64,000 nt of DNA from a virus (lineage: Duplodnaviria; Caudoviricetes): positions 1 through 64,000 of the IMG/VR virus record IMGVR_UViG_3300012007_000014; one strand, 5' to 3'. This document shows, piece after piece, positions 44,849 through 54,595 of this stretch. Position 1 is the stretch's first letter. Each line of letters opens with the position of its first letter. Below the pieces are notes generated by a model. It ran no database searches and was not told the DNA's origin. It saw only the letters and a list, made by a program, of their open reading frames with translations. A program made the position numbers and the translations under genes.

Positions 44849-47800
44849 ACTGATTCCCTCCTTCCAACTGCATTGTTAATATTTTGAGAAACACCATTTG
44901 TTACTGCACCTGCAATTTCTCCACTATCAAGAACAATTTGCATCTTAGACACTGCATTTCCAAGATTCACAACGTCTTCTCTCAAAGATGTAATTGCAGA
45001 AACAACATCTCCATTCGAGATTCTTCCAAACATTCCATTTAATCTATTAAGCTCAGAATCTTTCGGTGTTGTTACATTTCCAAGATTCGGATTCAAATTA
45101 ATACCATAGGATCCGTTATACATCGAAGAAATAAGACCTTGACTAGCATAAATATTTGAATAGTCAACAACAGGTGTAATGGTAGGATTTGCACCAAGAT
45201 CTGCATCTAATGCTGATCCAACAATAGAACCAATATTATTTGCAACTTCAGAAATTCTATCAGAACTAGAGTCAAGACCTCTAATATAACCCTCATCCAT
45301 AAATTGACCAAGCTTAAACATTACTCTTGAAGGAGAATGGATTTGGTTCATACTAGCGACTGTGGATGACAGCTCAGTCGCGATCTCATTACAAAGAGCA
45401 TCAAATTCTTCTTTCTTAGAATTAATACCATCAATAAGTCCTTGCATCAGATTGGAACCAGCATTAAACATGTTGCCTTCCTGAGCTTCTACAGATTTCA
45501 CCATTGAAGATGCATAATCTTTGCCGTTCTTACTACCTTCAGAAGAATTTACCTTCTTATCAATTTCAGAAGTTGCCTTATCTGCAATCCCCTTGGATGC
45601 ATTTGCAACCGCTGCTTCATTCTCCTGATATCCAGTTTGAAGACCAGTTGCCATATTGGTAGCAATCGTTGATGCTGTCGTTTGAGAAGTTTGTGAAATC
45701 GTTTCTGTATCATTAGAAAGAGCAGCCTGAATGGACTGACCAAAGAGCGCTGCTGCTTCTGTACCCATAGAAATAAGAGCAGGATCAATAACAGTGCTAA
45801 AGTTTGTCACCATTGTCTGAACTGTTGTTGCAAGAGCGTTAACATCAGACATAGCCGCTGATAATGCTTGCTGATAGGTTTGACCATTCATGGTACCCGC
45901 ATCAAGCCATTGCTGAGAAGCTTTCGCTTTTGCATCATCACCAATCGTGGTTGCCCGTTCATACATGGCATTTGCACTACTTACTTGATCAGACGTCCAT
46001 TGTGTTGCTGCTGCAAGATATTCAGGTCCCTGTTCTGCAAGCTGTTCCAAAAGTCCAGAATTAAGTCCCTTTGCCTCAAGAGCAAGATAGTTTTGTAACT
46101 CTTTTTCAGCTTTATCAAGGTTCCCTCTCATTCTAGTAATAAGTTCATCACCAGAAATTTGATCTTGCTTGTCAGAAAGTTCTGCATAAAGATTTGTATT
46201 ATCAAGAACAGATTTAATAGCATCACCAACTTCATTTGCAGTAAGCTTAAACTGTTCTACAAGCTTAGAAGACTCGGTTGCTTTCTTGAACACCTTATCA
46301 AAATTCTTAACAATATTATTTGTAAGAGCGTCCTGAATGGTAGTTCTATCTTCCAGAATGGCTCCTAGTTGCTCTTCTGTAATGCCATAATTTTGAGCAG
46401 CCGTTGCAAGGTCATCAAACGCCTGTCTTGCCGTATCGTTATCAGGACCAACCTGAGCAATAAAGTCTTGATAGTTAAGAGCTGCCATTAAGAACTCATT
46501 GGAAACATCTCCAATTCCATCAATGGCATTTCCAAATATTCCAGACTCACCAAGATCCATGCTCTCACCAAGAACATTGGTAACGTTTTCTACACTATCT
46601 TTGAACGAACTAACAGCAGTCTCGCCAAGCTCCTTGCCAGCTACTTTCACTGCATCTTTTCCATCGTCCATAGAACCGGCAATATTACTCACAGCATGAT
46701 CTGCTGCTTTTGTTGCCTCTTCGTCCATTTGAGCTGCAGTAAGATTTAAATTCTGATACTCTTTGTTGAGTTGAGTAATCTTTTTCTTAGCGTTCTCTGC
46801 ATTCTTAATTTCATTTTGATATTCTTTGTTCGTATTCTTTTCAACCCACAGAGAATACTTTTCAAACAGATCTTGTTTCTTTGCAGATACTTTAAGAGCT
46901 TCTTTATAATCCTTGTAATTATCATTAACTTTCTTAATCCATTCGTCTCCCATTTTCCCTGCTGCGATAACAGTACCTTGACCTTGGGAAATAAGCTCTT
47001 GAAGTGCTTCCTGGTTAAGACCTCTCTGCCTAAGGCTTAAGATTTCCAATTGATAGTCTTTAATTCCAGCAACACGTTTTTCAAGATTGGATAATAACTG
47101 CTTACCAGTAACATTAGAAGAAATATCAAGAGATTCAAATGCTCCACCAAATCCTTCAATGGCATCTTTCATTGCAGAGCCAAATGCTTTTGCCTTAGAC
47201 TCATACTCAGAAAGCTTACTCATTGCATTGTCGAATTGTGTGTAAGCTTCTTGAACATCTGAAATAATAACAGTCTTTAAAATATTAGTTGAGTCAATAG
47301 TTTGATGAAGATAGCCATACAAGTCACTAAGACTCATTCCAGCTGCATCTGCATACTTCTTAAGCTCTCCGTATGCTTTCTCAAGTCCAGAATGATCATA
47401 TGCATCACTATCAAGAGCGATTCCCATTGCCTTGACTTTGTTCTCTTCTCTAAGAGTGTCAACGTAAGCCTTGGTCATCCCATCAAGCTCTTCATAAGTC
47501 TTAAGACCATCTTCTTTCATCTTGTTCAAATATAAAGCAACCATTCTAGCATTTTCTACTCTAACCGTTGCTTCTTGAGCAAGTTTTTCAGCTTTGGCTT
47601 GATAACCAAGGAAATCCTTTAGCTCACTATTCGACATCTGCCGAAGTTCCATGATCTTCTGATAATTCTCAAGAGGATTAGAACCAAGATCAGCAAGTGT
47701 ATCATCGTCCACACCTCTATAAGCAAGAGAGGTAAGAGCGTCTGTGGATTCTCGCAGTGCGTCGACTTGAGACTTTGCATTCATGATAAGTTTGTCTGGC

Positions 47801-50800
47801 TTTATCATGTCGGAAGTCTTTTTATCAAACTCTGTATAAAAGTCTAATGATCCTTTAATTGCATCTGAGATCTTATTGAACGCTTCCACAAAGGCTTCTC
47901 GTATTGCATTCGCCCTTTGCTGAAGAGCAGTACCTTTTTCTTCAGAGTCTTCATAGACCTCATCTGCTTTATTACTTGTTTTATAAATTTCAGAAAGTAA
48001 GAGTTCAAACCCTTCTGCTCCAATTTGATAAGAAGTAGAATCGGAAACGGTACTCATCATAGAGCCAAAGGAAGAGGTGAATTTATTAATGATTGGAATT
48101 GCCCTTTCATTAAACTTCTCAAGAGTATTCTGGAACTCCTCAAGAGCCCTGGTATTGTCTTTTGCAGATTTAGATCCGCCACCAGACCCTTTTCCTTTCT
48201 TTTTAGAGCCAGAATCTCCTCCACCACTGCCTCCAAGATCAGGAGTCGTGCTAGGCGATCCAGTTTTGGAGTCTCCTTTACTTGCAAAGTCAGACCAAGA
48301 GAACGGAAGGCCAGAATCGTTTTTAGCTCCACTCTCCCAGCTTCCCTTTTGATAAACTCGCTTCATCTTTCCGGTCTTAGGGTCTTTTTGCATAACCCAT
48401 TTGCCCTTGGTCCAATGCTTCGCACCATTGTTCTTTTTGGTACCTGTTCTGAAGCTAATTTCTCCTTCTGTACCAGTGCCAGCACCAACATAACCAAGAT
48501 CAAGAGAGCTCATAGCAGCTCTTGCAGAAGAGACATACCCAAGAATATTGGATAAGAAACTGGAGCCCATGAGATCTCCAATATTACCACCAGTAATACC
48601 AGCAAGAGAAATATCACCACTTGCAATGCCACTCGTAAGTTCAGATATCATGGAACCACCAGTGCCATTTCCATCAAAAGCACCGGAGAGTTTATCCTTT
48701 GCCATAGAGCCAAAGTTTTCCATAGCAGTAGAAGCAGGGACTTCACCAGAAATAACACCTTTAACAAGTTCCAGCATATTGGACTTGCCAGTATTTTCTG
48801 CATCTGCTCCTTCTGTTACGCCTTCTGATGCTGCGCTGCCAACTTCTTGACCTGCATTTTGAGCATCGTCAGATGTACTAGCAACACCACTTGCTGTTGC
48901 ACTGCCAAAGTTCTCACCAAGCTTTGCACCATCCTTAGGATTTAATGTATCAGCAATGCTACTTGCAATATCAGAAGATGCGGCTTTCACTTTAGGAACA
49001 CCAGCCTCTAGTCCTCCTGCAAGCATTGAAGTAAAATCTGGCATCCAACTGTCAGAGTTAGCAAGAGGTCCTTCATCAGGTGTTGAGAAGTGAAGGAATG
49101 ATGCAATCGCGCTTGCAATACTTGATGCAGCATTTTTCACAAGATCAATACCTGCAGAAATACCATCCGCAAGCTTCTGTGCAAGATCCATTCCCCATTG
49201 TGCAGCTTCTTCTGATACCTCTTTAAGGGAGATAAGAAAACCAGCTACCTGCTCTGCAACAGAGACAATTACAAGTAAGACAGCACCAAGTCCAGCAGCA
49301 AATATTAATAATCCTACTCCCGCAATACCGCCACCAGCTCCGATTGCAATAAGTGACAATCCAAGCAGTGTTAATGCTCCTGCCATGAGTGCAAGGCTTC
49401 CAGCCTGATCGGATAGTGCTGCCATTGCAGTTACAAACGCTGTGACTTGAGGAAGGAGTGCTGCAATTCCCTTTGTAATTAGCATAATACCAACTCCAAA
49501 GAGTGCTGCTCCAGCTCCAAAGCCAACAAACGCTGCTGCAATAGAAAGAATAACAGCAGCAAACGCCAAGATTGCTGGAGTTGCTAAAGACAGTCCAGTT
49601 CCAAATATCCCAACAACAGCTGTTAGTGCAACCATGATTCCCATTAAAACGCCTATTACGATAGCAACTTGTGTAAGCCTATCAGCAGGAATCTGTGCAA
49701 GCATTGTCATAGAGACAGCTAAAATAGCAACTGCTCCAGCAAAAGCTATCATCATTACAGAAATTCCAAGTGATGCAATTGCAGACATGTTTTGACCAAT
49801 GGTCATCATGACACTCATGCAAATTGCAAAGACAGCCATTGTCGCGTTTAATGCTAGAGCCACTCCTAATAAATCTTGAGCTGGAATCTGCGCTACTAGT
49901 ACAAGAGCAAGTGATAGAATAGCAACTGCGCCACTAAATGAAAGGACTGTAACTGCAAAAGCTCCTATATCAAGAGCTGTAAAACCTTGAACGATATTTG
50001 CAATCAAGGCAATTGACGCTGACATTGCAAGCATCATCATGGACAAAGATTCTGCTATTGTTATTGCAGCATCCACGTTCTGAAGACCTGCAAGCGCAGT
50101 GACAATTTGACTCATTGCATAAATTGCAACTGAGAAAGAACCAATTGTAGCAATAAAAGCAACGATGTCGAGCCCTTTCATGTCTTTTGTAACATCCCCT
50201 ACAATCTTAATGGCAAGTCCAAGAGCAAGCATCATACCAGCAATCTCTGCTGCTGCAGCAATGGATTGATCCATAGGCAAGGCTGCTAAATTAATAGCCA
50301 TCTTTCCCATCATCTGAATTGCAAGAAGCATTACTCCAACAATTGGAATAACATTAAGAGGCTTTGCCTTGTCCATAAGCTTGACAGAAAATGCTAAAGA
50401 GATCATCATTCCTGCAACAAGAGCAAGACCTGCTGCCATGGGTTTCCAAAGAGCACCCATAATAGCCATGATAGGTGCAAGAATATACATAGCACCTGCA
50501 AGAGCAAGCATAGTACCTGCTATCTTTCCAACTTCTGCACCATTCATAATCTTAATGGACCATGCTGCGGCAAACATTCCACCAGCCATAATTAGAAGAC
50601 CCTTACCAATCGTAAAAAAGTCAGCTTTTCCAAAAAGTGTTACTGCTGCAGCAAATATAATAAACGCACCAGAAAGAGCAAGCAAAGATGTAGCAATGGA
50701 TTTTAAGGTTGGAACTCCGGCAGAAAATGCAAAAATTGAAAGGACTGTAAGTACACCAACAAGTCCAAGAAGAGCAATACCAAGTCCTTGAAGTGCTTTT

Positions 50801-53800
50801 ATAGGATTTCCAAGCTGTGTGCTAAGAACAGAGATAGCAACGCTCATTCCAATTAAGGATAGAGATAAAAGTCCAATCGATGCTGCTATCTGTATGGTTA
50901 AGTCATTAAAGGCATTAACAACTGCCTTTAATCCTATGAAAATAACGACAACTGCAGCAATTGAACCTGCAAGTTGTCCAAGAAATGCAACAATTCCTCC
51001 AACCTCTCCAAATAATGCTTGAAGAGCTTTTATATGAGCGAATATCAATCCTCCAATAACAGTCATCTCTTGCATAAAGAGTCCTGCCTGCACAACTATA
51101 ATCTTAATTGCCATATTCATAAAGACAATAGAAGCTGCAAGAGCTGCAATGCCAGCTGCCATTTTGAGCATGGAAATAGAAGCCTGTGAAATCTTATCAG
51201 AAAACTTAGCAAACGTTGCCATCACGACAATAAGTGCTGCAAATCCAGCTGCCAAGATTCCAACTGGAACGACAATTCTTGCAAGGAACTCCTGCCAAGT
51301 TTGAATGTGATTGTAGAGCACATTTACAGCAACTGTAGTAACACCAAGCTCAATGCCAAGAACTGCAAGTACACCAGCAAAGGAAGTCATGGCAAGTGTA
51401 AAAGCACCAAGACCCTTGGTATTAACCTTTCTAGAAAGAACCGTTGTCAAATATGCAAGAGCTGCTGCACAACCAGTGATTGTGATAGTAAGACGAGCAA
51501 TCGTTGCTGCTGCTCTTTCAAACCGTTCCGGATCAATTTGAACAACAGAAAGTGCAATGAGTGCTGCTGTAAGAATACCAACGCCAATTGCAATGTTTCT
51601 AAATGTCTTTGCACCATTAATTGCTGTGAGCTGTACGAAATATCCTCTAATTGCACCAAGAGTCTTCTTTAAAGAACCTCCAAGTGTATCAAAAGCATCA
51701 CCAAATGTCTGGAAGGAATCTGTTAACTTCTTTAAGTAACGAATAAACAGCAAGATATATCCAAAGGCAAGGATCTGCTGCCAATCCATTTCATTTATCT
51801 TAGTAATAAACTTTCCGACAAGAGTGTCAGTTTGCCCAGCAGCTTTCACAGCATTACTTGCATTTAGTGCAAAAGACTTAAGAGTTTCAACAATTGTGGC
51901 AAAGATTGATTGACTCTTTTGGAGTGCGGGGGTTGTCTTCTCAATCTTCTTTCCAAGAGCACCCATCTTATCTGCAGAAGCACCAATAGTATCTCCAAAG
52001 GATCCAACTGTTTCGGAGTGCTTAGAGAACTTGTTTATAATTGAAGATATGGAAGATTTTACATTGTTAATTGCATCATTTAAGCTAATCTCTCCTTTTG
52101 CAAGAGAGAAAATAGATTTCACAAAGGAAGAGATTGCTGTTCCAGCGATGAGAAGACCTCTTGCTATTGTTCCAAAAATATCATTTGAACTTGCAAGTTT
52201 TGTGATAAAACTTACAATACTATCTTTCATCTGAATAATAACAGTGACAATTGCAGAAAGATTCTTTTTAACCCCATTCCAATCAATGGATTTAATCTTC
52301 TGAATGAGTAAAGAGATACCAATAATTGCAGCTCCAACTACTGTCTGAAGAACTGCTGCAGCAACTCTAAGACCTTTCACAATTCCTTGGATAACTTTAG
52401 AAGAAGAAAGTTTCTTTATAATTGGCTCTACCTTTTGAATAAGAGAGCTAATTACAGAAGATACTCCTCCAACTGCTTCTCCTGTATCCTTAAAGCTCTT
52501 ATTAAGTCCAAGAACTGTTTTTAACAAATTGAAGGATAAGATAATCTTAAATAATGAGATAATTGTATTAAGGCCAAGTCCTCCCATAAACAAAGACTGC
52601 AATGCTTTAATAGCAGTCGTGATAAGAAGGAAGGACATAATCGGTTTTCTAAAAGCAAGGATTACTTCAAGACCCGTTTTAATAATAGAGAACGTTGTCT
52701 TAGCAACTTCCTTGAGATCCGCCATTTGATCCTTGGTAAGGATAAGGTTTCTAGTAAAGCGCTCAATAAAGTCTGTAATAGCCATGAGTCCTTTTGCAGA
52801 GTTTACAGATCCTTGAACATACCCTGTCACCTCTTGCAAAGCCTCTCCTATTGGCTTTAAAACACTCCAAATCGCATTGAAAATATTAGCAATGGATTGG
52901 AGCATCTCCTTTCTTCCACCCTCTGCTTTCCAGACAGCAAGCATAGAGTTTCTAAAGTCAGACACTTTATTGATGGCATTTCCTAAAATGTTAGAGATTC
53001 CAGTCCAAAGCCCTTTTGCCTCTTCGAAATCACCAATGACAGTTCTAAAACTCTGTGTCCATCCAGATCCAATTGCTTCTCCAAGGGTGTCCACCAACAT
53101 GGAAAATGTTTTGACATCTTTTGCGGCATCAGCAGCTTTCATTCCAAGTTGCTCAAACTGCTTTATTTGAGTAGCAGTAAATCCTTGAGCTTTAAGTCTC
53201 TTCTCATAATTCTCTTGCTCTACTTTTGTTAAATCTCTTATGTCTGTTGCATAAAGTTTAAGAGCAGTTGTCAGGGTATCATTGGTAAGCCATTGATATT
53301 GAAGAGAATCATTAAAACCTTTCTGAGCATTGAAGAGTTCTGAAATATCACCCTTCATGTTCGTTGTTACGGTTCTGTAACCACCACTAACTTTCTTAAC
53401 TGTACCAAGTGCTTCTGCTGTTTGAAGGAGCGTATTCTTAAACTCTACGGTAGCCATCATAGAGTTCTCAATAGATTTCCAGTCGATGAGTTTTGTATAA
53501 CCAGAAGACAGTGCCTGAGCAAAGTTATACATAGCATGAGAAGCTTGTTGTGCATTTGCTCCAGAGATAGCGGCCTCATTAGCAATACCTTTAATGGCAG
53601 CCACTGCATCATCAAGTTTAACTCCCTGATTCGTAAATTTACCGATATTGGAAGTCATATCTTGAAACTTATAGATGGTATCATCTGAGTATTTGTTTAA
53701 CTCATCAAGCTTTTTATTTACTCTTTCAACAGATTCTCCTGTTCCAGCCATAATGGTTTGAACAGATCCCATCATGTCTTCGTATTCCTTGAAGCCTTCT

Positions 53801-54132
53801 CTTGGACCAGACGTGATCATGGAGAGTCCTTTATGGACGAAGCTGCTTACGGAATTTCCAATATTACGAAGAACTTGATCAGAAATTGTACCAAGTGTAG
53901 AAAACTTTTTGGTCATGACATCAAGAGAACTATTCATTTGATCAAAAGAAGAGTTCGCCTTGGATAACTGACCTTCCATTCCAGAGAACATCTCTTTTCC
54001 AGTTTTCTTGGTGTTCTCTTCAATGGTATCGTTTAATTTATTTAGAGATTGCAGAGTTTCCTGAATACCAGCTTCGAATTGTTTGTTATCGAATTGCATC
54101 TGCACAACTCTTTGATCAACTTGTGTTGCCAT
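44839..54132 (-). CDS. Tape measure protein (3097 aa)
   Basis: N-terminal tape-measure domain (LDELNKYSDDTIYKF.DMT.NIGKF), long hydrophobic Ala/Gly-rich repeats, HSPSRV near C-terminus, position before Dit. Confidence 0.92.
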   Translation of the reverse strand: MATQVDQRVVQMQFDNKQFEAGIQETLQSLNKLNDTIEENTKKTGKEMFSGMEGQLSKANSSFDQMNSSLDVMTKKFSTLGTISDQVLRNIGNSVSSFVHKGLSMITSGPREGFKEYEDMMGSVQTIMAGTGESVERVNKKLDELNKYSDDTIYKFQDMTSNIGKFTNQGVKLDDAVAAIKGIANEAAISGANAQQASHAMYNFAQALSSGYTKLIDWKSIENSMMATVEFKNTLLQTAEALGTVKKVSGGYRTVTTNMKGDISELFNAQKGFNDSLQYQWLTNDTLTTALKLYATDIRDLTKVEQENYEKRLKAQGFTATQIKQFEQLGMKAADAAKDVKTFSMLVDTLGEAIGSGWTQSFRTVIGDFEEAKGLWTGISNILGNAINKVSDFRNSMLAVWKAEGGRKEMLQSIANIFNAIWSVLKPIGEALQEVTGYVQGSVNSAKGLMAITDFIERFTRNLILTKDQMADLKEVAKTTFSIIKTGLEVILAFRKPIMSFLLITTAIKALQSLFMGGLGLNTIISLFKIILSFNLLKTVLGLNKSFKDTGEAVGGVSSVISSLIQKVEPIIKKLSSSKVIQGIVKGLRVAAAVLQTVVGAAIIGISLLIQKIKSIDWNGVKKNLSAIVTVIIQMKDSIVSFITKLASSNDIFGTIARGLLIAGTAISSFVKSIFSLAKGEISLNDAINNVKSSISSIINKFSKHSETVGSFGDTIGASADKMGALGKKIEKTTPALQKSQSIFATIVETLKSFALNASNAVKAAGQTDTLVGKFITKINEMDWQQILAFGYILLFIRYLKKLTDSFQTFGDAFDTLGGSLKKTLGAIRGYFVQLTAINGAKTFRNIAIGVGILTAALIALSVVQIDPERFERAAATIARLTITITGCAAALAYLTTVLSRKVNTKGLGAFTLAMTSFAGVLAVLGIELGVTTVAVNVLYNHIQTWQEFLARIVVPVGILAAGFAALIVVMATFAKFSDKISQASISMLKMAAGIAALAASIVFMNMAIKIIVVQAGLFMQEMTVIGGLIFAHIKALQALFGEVGGIVAFLGQLAGSIAAVVVIFIGLKAVVNAFNDLTIQIAASIGLLSLSLIGMSVAISVLSTQLGNPIKALQGLGIALLGLVGVLTVLSIFAFSAGVPTLKSIATSLLALSGAFIIFAAAVTLFGKADFFTIGKGLLIMAGGMFAAAWSIKIMNGAEVGKIAGTMLALAGAMYILAPIMAIMGALWKPMAAGLALVAGMMISLAFSVKLMDKAKPLNVIPIVGVMLLAIQMMGKMAINLAALPMDQSIAAAAEIAGMMLALGLAIKIVGDVTKDMKGLDIVAFIATIGSFSVAIYAMSQIVTALAGLQNVDAAITIAESLSMMMLAMSASIALIANIVQGFTALDIGAFAVTVLSFSGAVAILSLALVLVAQIPAQDLLGVALALNATMAVFAICMSVMMTIGQNMSAIASLGISVMMIAFAGAVAILAVSMTMLAQIPADRLTQVAIVIGVLMGIMVALTAVVGIFGTGLSLATPAILAFAAVILSIAAAFVGFGAGAALFGVGIMLITKGIAALLPQVTAFVTAMAALSDQAGSLALMAGALTLLGLSLIAIGAGGGIAGVGLLIFAAGLGAVLLVIVSVAEQVAGFLISLKEVSEEAAQWGMDLAQKLADGISAGIDLVKNAASSIASAIASFLHFSTPDEGPLANSDSWMPDFTSMLAGGLEAGVPKVKAASSDIASSIADTLNPKDGAKLGENFGSATASGVASTSDDAQNAGQEVGSAASEGVTEGADAENTGKSNMLELVKGVISGEVPASTAMENFGSMAKDKLSGAFDGNGTGGSMISELTSGIASGDISLAGITGGNIGDLMGSSFLSNILGYVSSARAAMSSLDLGYVGAGTGTEGEISFRTGTKKNNGAKHWTKGKWVMQKDPKTGKMKRVYQKGSWESGAKNDSGLPFSWSDFASKGDSKTGSPSTTPDLGGSGGGDSGSKKKGKGSGGGSKSAKDNTRALEEFQNTLEKFNERAIPIINKFTSSFGSMMSTVSDSTSYQIGAEGFELLLSEIYKTSNKADEVYEDSEEKGTALQQRANAIREAFVEAFNKISDAIKGSLDFYTEFDKKTSDMIKPDKLIMNAKSQVDALRESTDALTSLAYRGVDDDTLADLGSNPLENYQKIMELRQMSNSELKDFLGYQAKAEKLAQEATVRVENARMVALYLNKMKEDGLKTYEELDGMTKAYVDTLREENKVKAMGIALDSDAYDHSGLEKAYGELKKYADAAGMSLSDLYGYLHQTIDSTNILKTVIISDVQEAYTQFDNAMSKLSEYESKAKAFGSAMKDAIEGFGGAFESLDISSNVTGKQLLSNLEKRVAGIKDYQLEILSLRQRGLNQEALQELISQGQGTVIAAGKMGDEWIKKVNDNYKDYKEALKVSAKKQDLFEKYSLWVEKNTNKEYQNEIKNAENAKKKITQLNKEYQNLNLTAAQMDEEATKAADHAVSNIAGSMDDGKDAVKVAGKELGETAVSSFKDSVENVTNVLGESMDLGESGIFGNAIDGIGDVSNEFLMAALNYQDFIAQVGPDNDTARQAFDDLATAAQNYGITEEQLGAILEDRTTIQDALTNNIVKNFDKVFKKATESSKLVEQFKLTANEVGDAIKSVLDNTNLYAELSDKQDQISGDELITRMRGNLDKAEKELQNYLALEAKGLNSGLLEQLAEQGPEYLAAATQWTSDQVSSANAMYERATTIGDDAKAKASQQWLDAGTMNGQTYQQALSAAMSDVNALATTVQTMVTNFSTVIDPALISMGTEAAALFGQSIQAALSNDTETISQTSQTTASTIATNMATGLQTGYQENEAAVANASKGIADKATSEIDKKVNSSEGSKNGKDYASSMVKSVEAQEGNMFNAGSNLMQGLIDGINSKKEEFDALCNEIATELSSTVASMNQIHSPSRVMFKLGQFMDEGYIRGLDSSSDRISEVANNIGSIVGSALDADLGANPTITPVVDYSNIYASQGLISSMYNGSYGINLNPNLGNVTTPKDSELNRLNGMFGRISNGDVVSAITSLREDVVNLGNAVSKMQIVLDSGEIAGAVTNGVSQNINNAVGRRESVWA

Positions 54133-54174
54133 ATGTATTCACAACTCCTCTCTATTGTGTTAAATTTGGGAATA

Positions 54175-54570
54175 TCATTGTGATTTCACTTCTTCCCAAA
54201 TATCTTTTTCCATTTCATCAAATAAAGGTTTGAGGGCTGGATTAATATAATCAATACCTTCAATCCAACCCCCATTTTTTGTTGCATGACCATATTGAAG
54301 CATCAGTGCAACATTAAAATAATCTTTCTTTACATTGCTGTTGTACCAAGTAAGTGTTAAAGTCTCACCATCGTCTTCTATCTTGTAATACCAAGATGAA
54401 GCAGTAAGCCCTGTATCTCTTGGAGTATTTTCTGAAAGAAGTTGAACTCCTCTTTCACCATACTTATTTAAATTGGAAAGGAACTTTTTCTCTTGCATGG
54501 CTTTGAGGAATTTAAAAGTTTTCTTAAAATCCCCTTTTTCAGACATTTGTACCACAATTCCTCTAGCCAT
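54175..54570 (-). CDS. HK97 gp10-like tail completion/neck protein
   Basis: GERGV..L...TPRDTGLTASSW.Y...ILQYGH.T..GGW.EG.DYINPAL. Confidence 0.75.
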   Translation of the reverse strand: MARGIVVQMSEKGDFKKTFKFLKAMQEKKFLSNLNKYGERGVQLLSENTPRDTGLTASSWYYKIEDDGETLTLTWYNSNVKKDYFNVALMLQYGHATKNGGWIEGIDYINPALKPLFDEMEKDIWEEVKSQ

Positions 54571-54595
54571 TTTGAGAGTCCTCCAATGATGCTAT

